Shown piece by piece: positions 61,224 through 64,000 of a stretch of DNA of 64,000 nucleotides. The notes below the pieces were generated by a model that was given only the letters and a program-made list of their open reading frames with translations, made no database searches and had not been told where the DNA came from. Position numbers and translations under genes: made by a program. Position 1 is the first letter of the stretch, and the number at the start of each line of letters is the position of its first letter. Source of the DNA: Deltaproteobacteria bacterium (GTDB lineage Bacteria > Desulfobacterota > Desulfuromonadia > Geobacterales > Pseudopelobacteraceae); assembly GCA_016182975.1 (NCBI GenBank), contig JACPFJ010000028.1:4948-68947 (forward strand). The letters are read 5' to 3'.

Positions 61224-61258
61224 GAATCCTCTTCCGCACCCCGGAAGGGGATTTTTTC
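61224..61258 (+). terminator. Riboswitch expression-platform terminator
   Basis: aatcctcttccg-cacc-ccggaaggggatt followed by a T run. Confidence 0.8.
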
Positions 61259-61274
61259 GTCGGAGGTATCGAGC

Positions 61275-62411
61275 ATGAACATCGCAACAGAGGCGGTACA
61301 GGTCGGGCTGGAGTGGGACAGCCGCACGGGAGCGGTCTCGGTCCCCATCTACCAGACCGCGACCTTCAGGCATCCGGGGCTGGGCCTTAGCACCGGCTTC
61401 GACTACAGCCGCTCCGGCAACCCGACCCGCCAGAGCCTGGAAGAGGGCATCGCCCGCCTGGACGGCGGCGCCCGCGGCTTCGCCTACTCGTCCGGCATGG
61501 CGGCCATCACCAATCTTCTGCTGCTCTTTTGCTCCGGCGACCACATCGTGGTCACCGAGGACCTCTACGGCGGCACCTGCCGCCTCTTCGACAGGGTCTT
61601 CAACCAGTTCGGGCTGACCTTCAGCTATGTGGACACGAGCGACACCGCCGCGGTGGCGGCGGCCATCCGGCCCGAGACCAGGGCCGTTTTCGTGGAGACA
61701 CTCACCAATCCCCTGCTCAAGTTCGCCGACATCCCCGCCCTGGCTGCCATCTGTCGCCAGCGGGACCTGCTGCTGATCACGGACAACACCTTCCTGACCC
61801 CATACCTGATGCGCCCCCTGGATCTGGGCGCCGATATCACCGTCTACAGCGCCACCAAGTATCTCTCCGGACACAACGACACGGTGGCCGGGCTGGTGGT
61901 TGCCAGGGACCCGCAGTTGGCGGAGCGGATCTACTTTCACCAGAACGCCGCCGGCGCCGTGCTGGGACCGCAGGACTCCTGGCTGGTGATCCGCGGCATG
62001 AAGACCCTCGGTGTCCGCCTTGACCGTCACCAGGAGAACGCCCTGCGGATCGCGGCCTGGCTCCAGGCCCATCCGCGCATCGCCAAGGTCTACTATCCCG
62101 GCCTGGATAATCACCCCGGCCACGACCTGATGAAGCGCGACGCCAGGGGGTTCGGCGCCATGATCGCCTTCGAGGTCGACGACCATGCGCTGGTGGAGCA
62201 GGTCCTGCTCAGGACCCGCCTGATATCGTTCGCCGAGAGCCTGGGGGGCGTGGAGAGCCTGATCACCTTCCCCGAGGTGCAGACCCATGCCGACATCCCG
62301 CCAGAGCTGCGCGCCCGGCTGGGGATCAACAACGTGCTCCTGCGCCTGTCGGTGGGGATCGAGGATTGCGACGACCTGATCGAGGACCTGCGCCAGGCCC
62401 TGGAATCATAA
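61275..62411 (+). CDS. Cys/Met metabolism PLP enzyme (cystathionine gamma-synthase-like)
   Basis: YSRSGNPTR, SSGMAA, DNTF, SATKYLSGH. Confidence 0.88.
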   Translation: MNIATEAVQVGLEWDSRTGAVSVPIYQTATFRHPGLGLSTGFDYSRSGNPTRQSLEEGIARLDGGARGFAYSSGMAAITNLLLLFCSGDHIVVTEDLYGGTCRLFDRVFNQFGLTFSYVDTSDTAAVAAAIRPETRAVFVETLTNPLLKFADIPALAAICRQRDLLLITDNTFLTPYLMRPLDLGADITVYSATKYLSGHNDTVAGLVVARDPQLAERIYFHQNAAGAVLGPQDSWLVIRGMKTLGVRLDRHQENALRIAAWLQAHPRIAKVYYPGLDNHPGHDLMKRDARGFGAMIAFEVDDHALVEQVLLRTRLISFAESLGGVESLITFPEVQTHADIPPELRARLGINNVLLRLSVGIEDCDDLIEDLRQALES

Positions 62412-62420
62412 GGAGGTAAC

Positions 62421-63560
62421 ATGAAATTCGCGACCAGGCTGATCCACGGCGGCCAGACCGTCGATCCCCTGACCGGGGCGCTCGGCATCCCCATCTACCA
62501 GACCTCCACCTTCCGCCAGCGCTCGCTGGACACGTTCGGCCGGTACGACTACGCCCGCTCCGACAACCCGACCCGCGAGGCGGTGGAGGAGGCCATTGCC
62601 CAACTGGAGGGTGGCACACGCGGCTTCGCCTTTGCCTCGGGCATGGCCGCCATCACCTCCACCCTGCTGATCTTCTCCGCCGGCGACCACCTGGTGGTGT
62701 GCGACGACGTCTACGGCGGCACCTACCGCGCCCTGACCGGAGTCTTCAGCCGCCTGGGCATCGCTTCGACCTTCGTGGACGCCACCGATCCGGCGGCGAT
62801 CGAGGCGGCCATCCGTCCCGAGACCAGGGGGATCTATCTGGAGACTCCCTCCAACCCGCTGCTCAAGGTCACCGACCTGCGGGCAGTGGCCGGCATGGCC
62901 CGATCAAGGGGGATCGTCACCCTGGTGGACAACACCTTCATGACCCCCTACCTGCAGCGCCCGCTGGAGCTCGGCTGCGACATCGTGCTGCACAGCGGCA
63001 CCAAGTTCCTGAGCGGTCACAGCGACGTGATCTGCGGCTTTGCCGTGGTCACGGACAGCGAGCTGGGCAACCGCATCCGCTACATCCAGAACGGCTTCGG
63101 CGCCATCCTGGGACCGCAGGACTCGTTCCTGGCCCAGCGGGGGCTGAAGACCCTCAAGGTCAGGATGGACCAGGCCCAGCAGAGCGCGGTGCGGATCGCC
63201 GACTGGCTGGCGGGACATGGCCGGGTGCGGGCGGTGCACTATCCGGGGCTTGCGCAGCACCCCGGCCATAGCGTCCATATGGCCCAGGCCGACGGCCCCG
63301 GCGCGGTGCTCTCCTTCGAGCTGGATTCCTACGAGACCACCAGAAGGCTCCTGGAGGGGGCCGAGCTCCCGGCCTTCGCCGTCAGCCTGGGAGGGGTGGA
63401 GAGCATCATCTCCTATCCGGCCAAGATGTCCCACGCCGCCGTTCCACCCGAGGAGCGCAAGCGCAAGGGGATCACCGATACCCTGGTGCGGCTATCAGTA
63501 GGGCTGGAGGACCCGGACGACCTGATCGCGGACATGGCGCGGGCCATGGGTGAAGGGTGA
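62421..63560 (+). CDS. Cys/Met metabolism PLP enzyme (cystathionine beta-lyase-like)
   Basis: YARSDNPTR, HSGTKFLSGHSD, AVSLGGVES. Confidence 0.88.
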   Translation: MKFATRLIHGGQTVDPLTGALGIPIYQTSTFRQRSLDTFGRYDYARSDNPTREAVEEAIAQLEGGTRGFAFASGMAAITSTLLIFSAGDHLVVCDDVYGGTYRALTGVFSRLGIASTFVDATDPAAIEAAIRPETRGIYLETPSNPLLKVTDLRAVAGMARSRGIVTLVDNTFMTPYLQRPLELGCDIVLHSGTKFLSGHSDVICGFAVVTDSELGNRIRYIQNGFGAILGPQDSFLAQRGLKTLKVRMDQAQQSAVRIADWLAGHGRVRAVHYPGLAQHPGHSVHMAQADGPGAVLSFELDSYETTRRLLEGAELPAFAVSLGGVESIISYPAKMSHAAVPPEERKRKGITDTLVRLSVGLEDPDDLIADMARAMGEG

Positions 63561-63592
63561 AGGGTGAAGGGTGAAGGGTGAAGGGTGAAGGG
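63548..63592. repeat. Heptamer repeat (GGGTGAA) x6
   Basis: Six perfect copies overlapping the stop codon. Confidence 0.9.
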
Positions 63593-63600
63593 GTTTTGCC

Positions 63601-64000
63601 ATGCGCATCCGTGTGAACGAAAAACCGGCAAGTGTCGAGGATGGGCTGACCGTGGCCGCCCTGGCGGAACGCGTAAAGCCGGGCGCCGACGTCATGATCC
63701 TGAACGGCTTCCCGGTCCCGCCCGATACGGTGCTCCGCGAGGGGGACGAGCTGTTCCTGATCCGGCGGGGCGAGATCCCCGCCGAGGAGGAGCTTGAGTA
63801 TCTCATGGCGGCCCGCCACACCCCCGGCGTGCACGCCCGGCTGAAGCGGGCCGTGGTCGGGATCGCTGGCGCCGGCGGGCTCGGCTCGGCCGTGGCGGTG
63901 GCCCTGGCGCGGATCGGGGTGGGCAGGCTGGTTATCGCCGACTTCGACGTAGTGGAGCCCTCCAACCTGAACCGCCAGCAGTACTTCGTGGACCAGATCG
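63601..64000 (+). CDS. thiF: ThiF adenylyltransferase with an N-terminal ThiS-like domain (partial)
   Basis: Hand translation: MRIRVNE..ILNGF..GDEL, then GIAGAGGLGS and DFDVVEPSNLNRQ; runs off the window. Confidence 0.85.
   Translation, partial: MRIRVNEKPASVEDGLTVAALAERVKPGADVMILNGFPVPPDTVLREGDELFLIRRGEIPAEEELEYLMAARHTPGVHARLKRAVVGIAGAGGLGSAVAVALARIGVGRLVIADFDVVEPSNLNRQQYFVDQI

Overview
This is a GC-rich bacterial chromosomal window whose gene content and order fit Geobacteraceae/Desulfuromonadales (inferred, not searched). In order it contains: the 3' end of a RAYT/TnpA-Y1 HUH nuclease; a lytic transglycosylase and FgrM/FleQ-like sigma-54 activator divergent from a cheW-cheA-cheR-HDOD-cheB operon; a vapBC-like pair; prfC, doxX, tRNA-Arg(CCG), coaE and RNA-modification genes; an AT-rich ~2.3 kb accessory mosaic; a sigma-54 two-component system divergent from a multiheme cytochrome c; the CIRCE-controlled hrcA-grpE-dnaK-dnaJ operon; murI, gerMN and metH-like genes; a heme-motif sensor kinase with its sigma-54 regulator; a surface-glycan cluster; zupT; an MshEN-CheX fusion with cheY; a PPIase; gabD; an HDOD/hybrid kinase/HD-GYP module; and a SAM-I riboswitch before two Cys/Met PLP enzymes and thiF. 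The most notable structure is at 15.4-17.7 kb: integron-type cassettes with attC sites and no integrase, bracketed and truncated by GGGAC..GTCCCC palindromes that carry short adjacent tandem duplications, the same kind of signature seen next to the RAYT at the window start. Also notable are a 16-codon deletion in the DnaK substrate pocket, a frameshifting deletion in gabD, and several heptamer-repeat, REP and MITE families, one inserted in frame in fcl. All protein calls come from motif recognition by eye; no searches were run.
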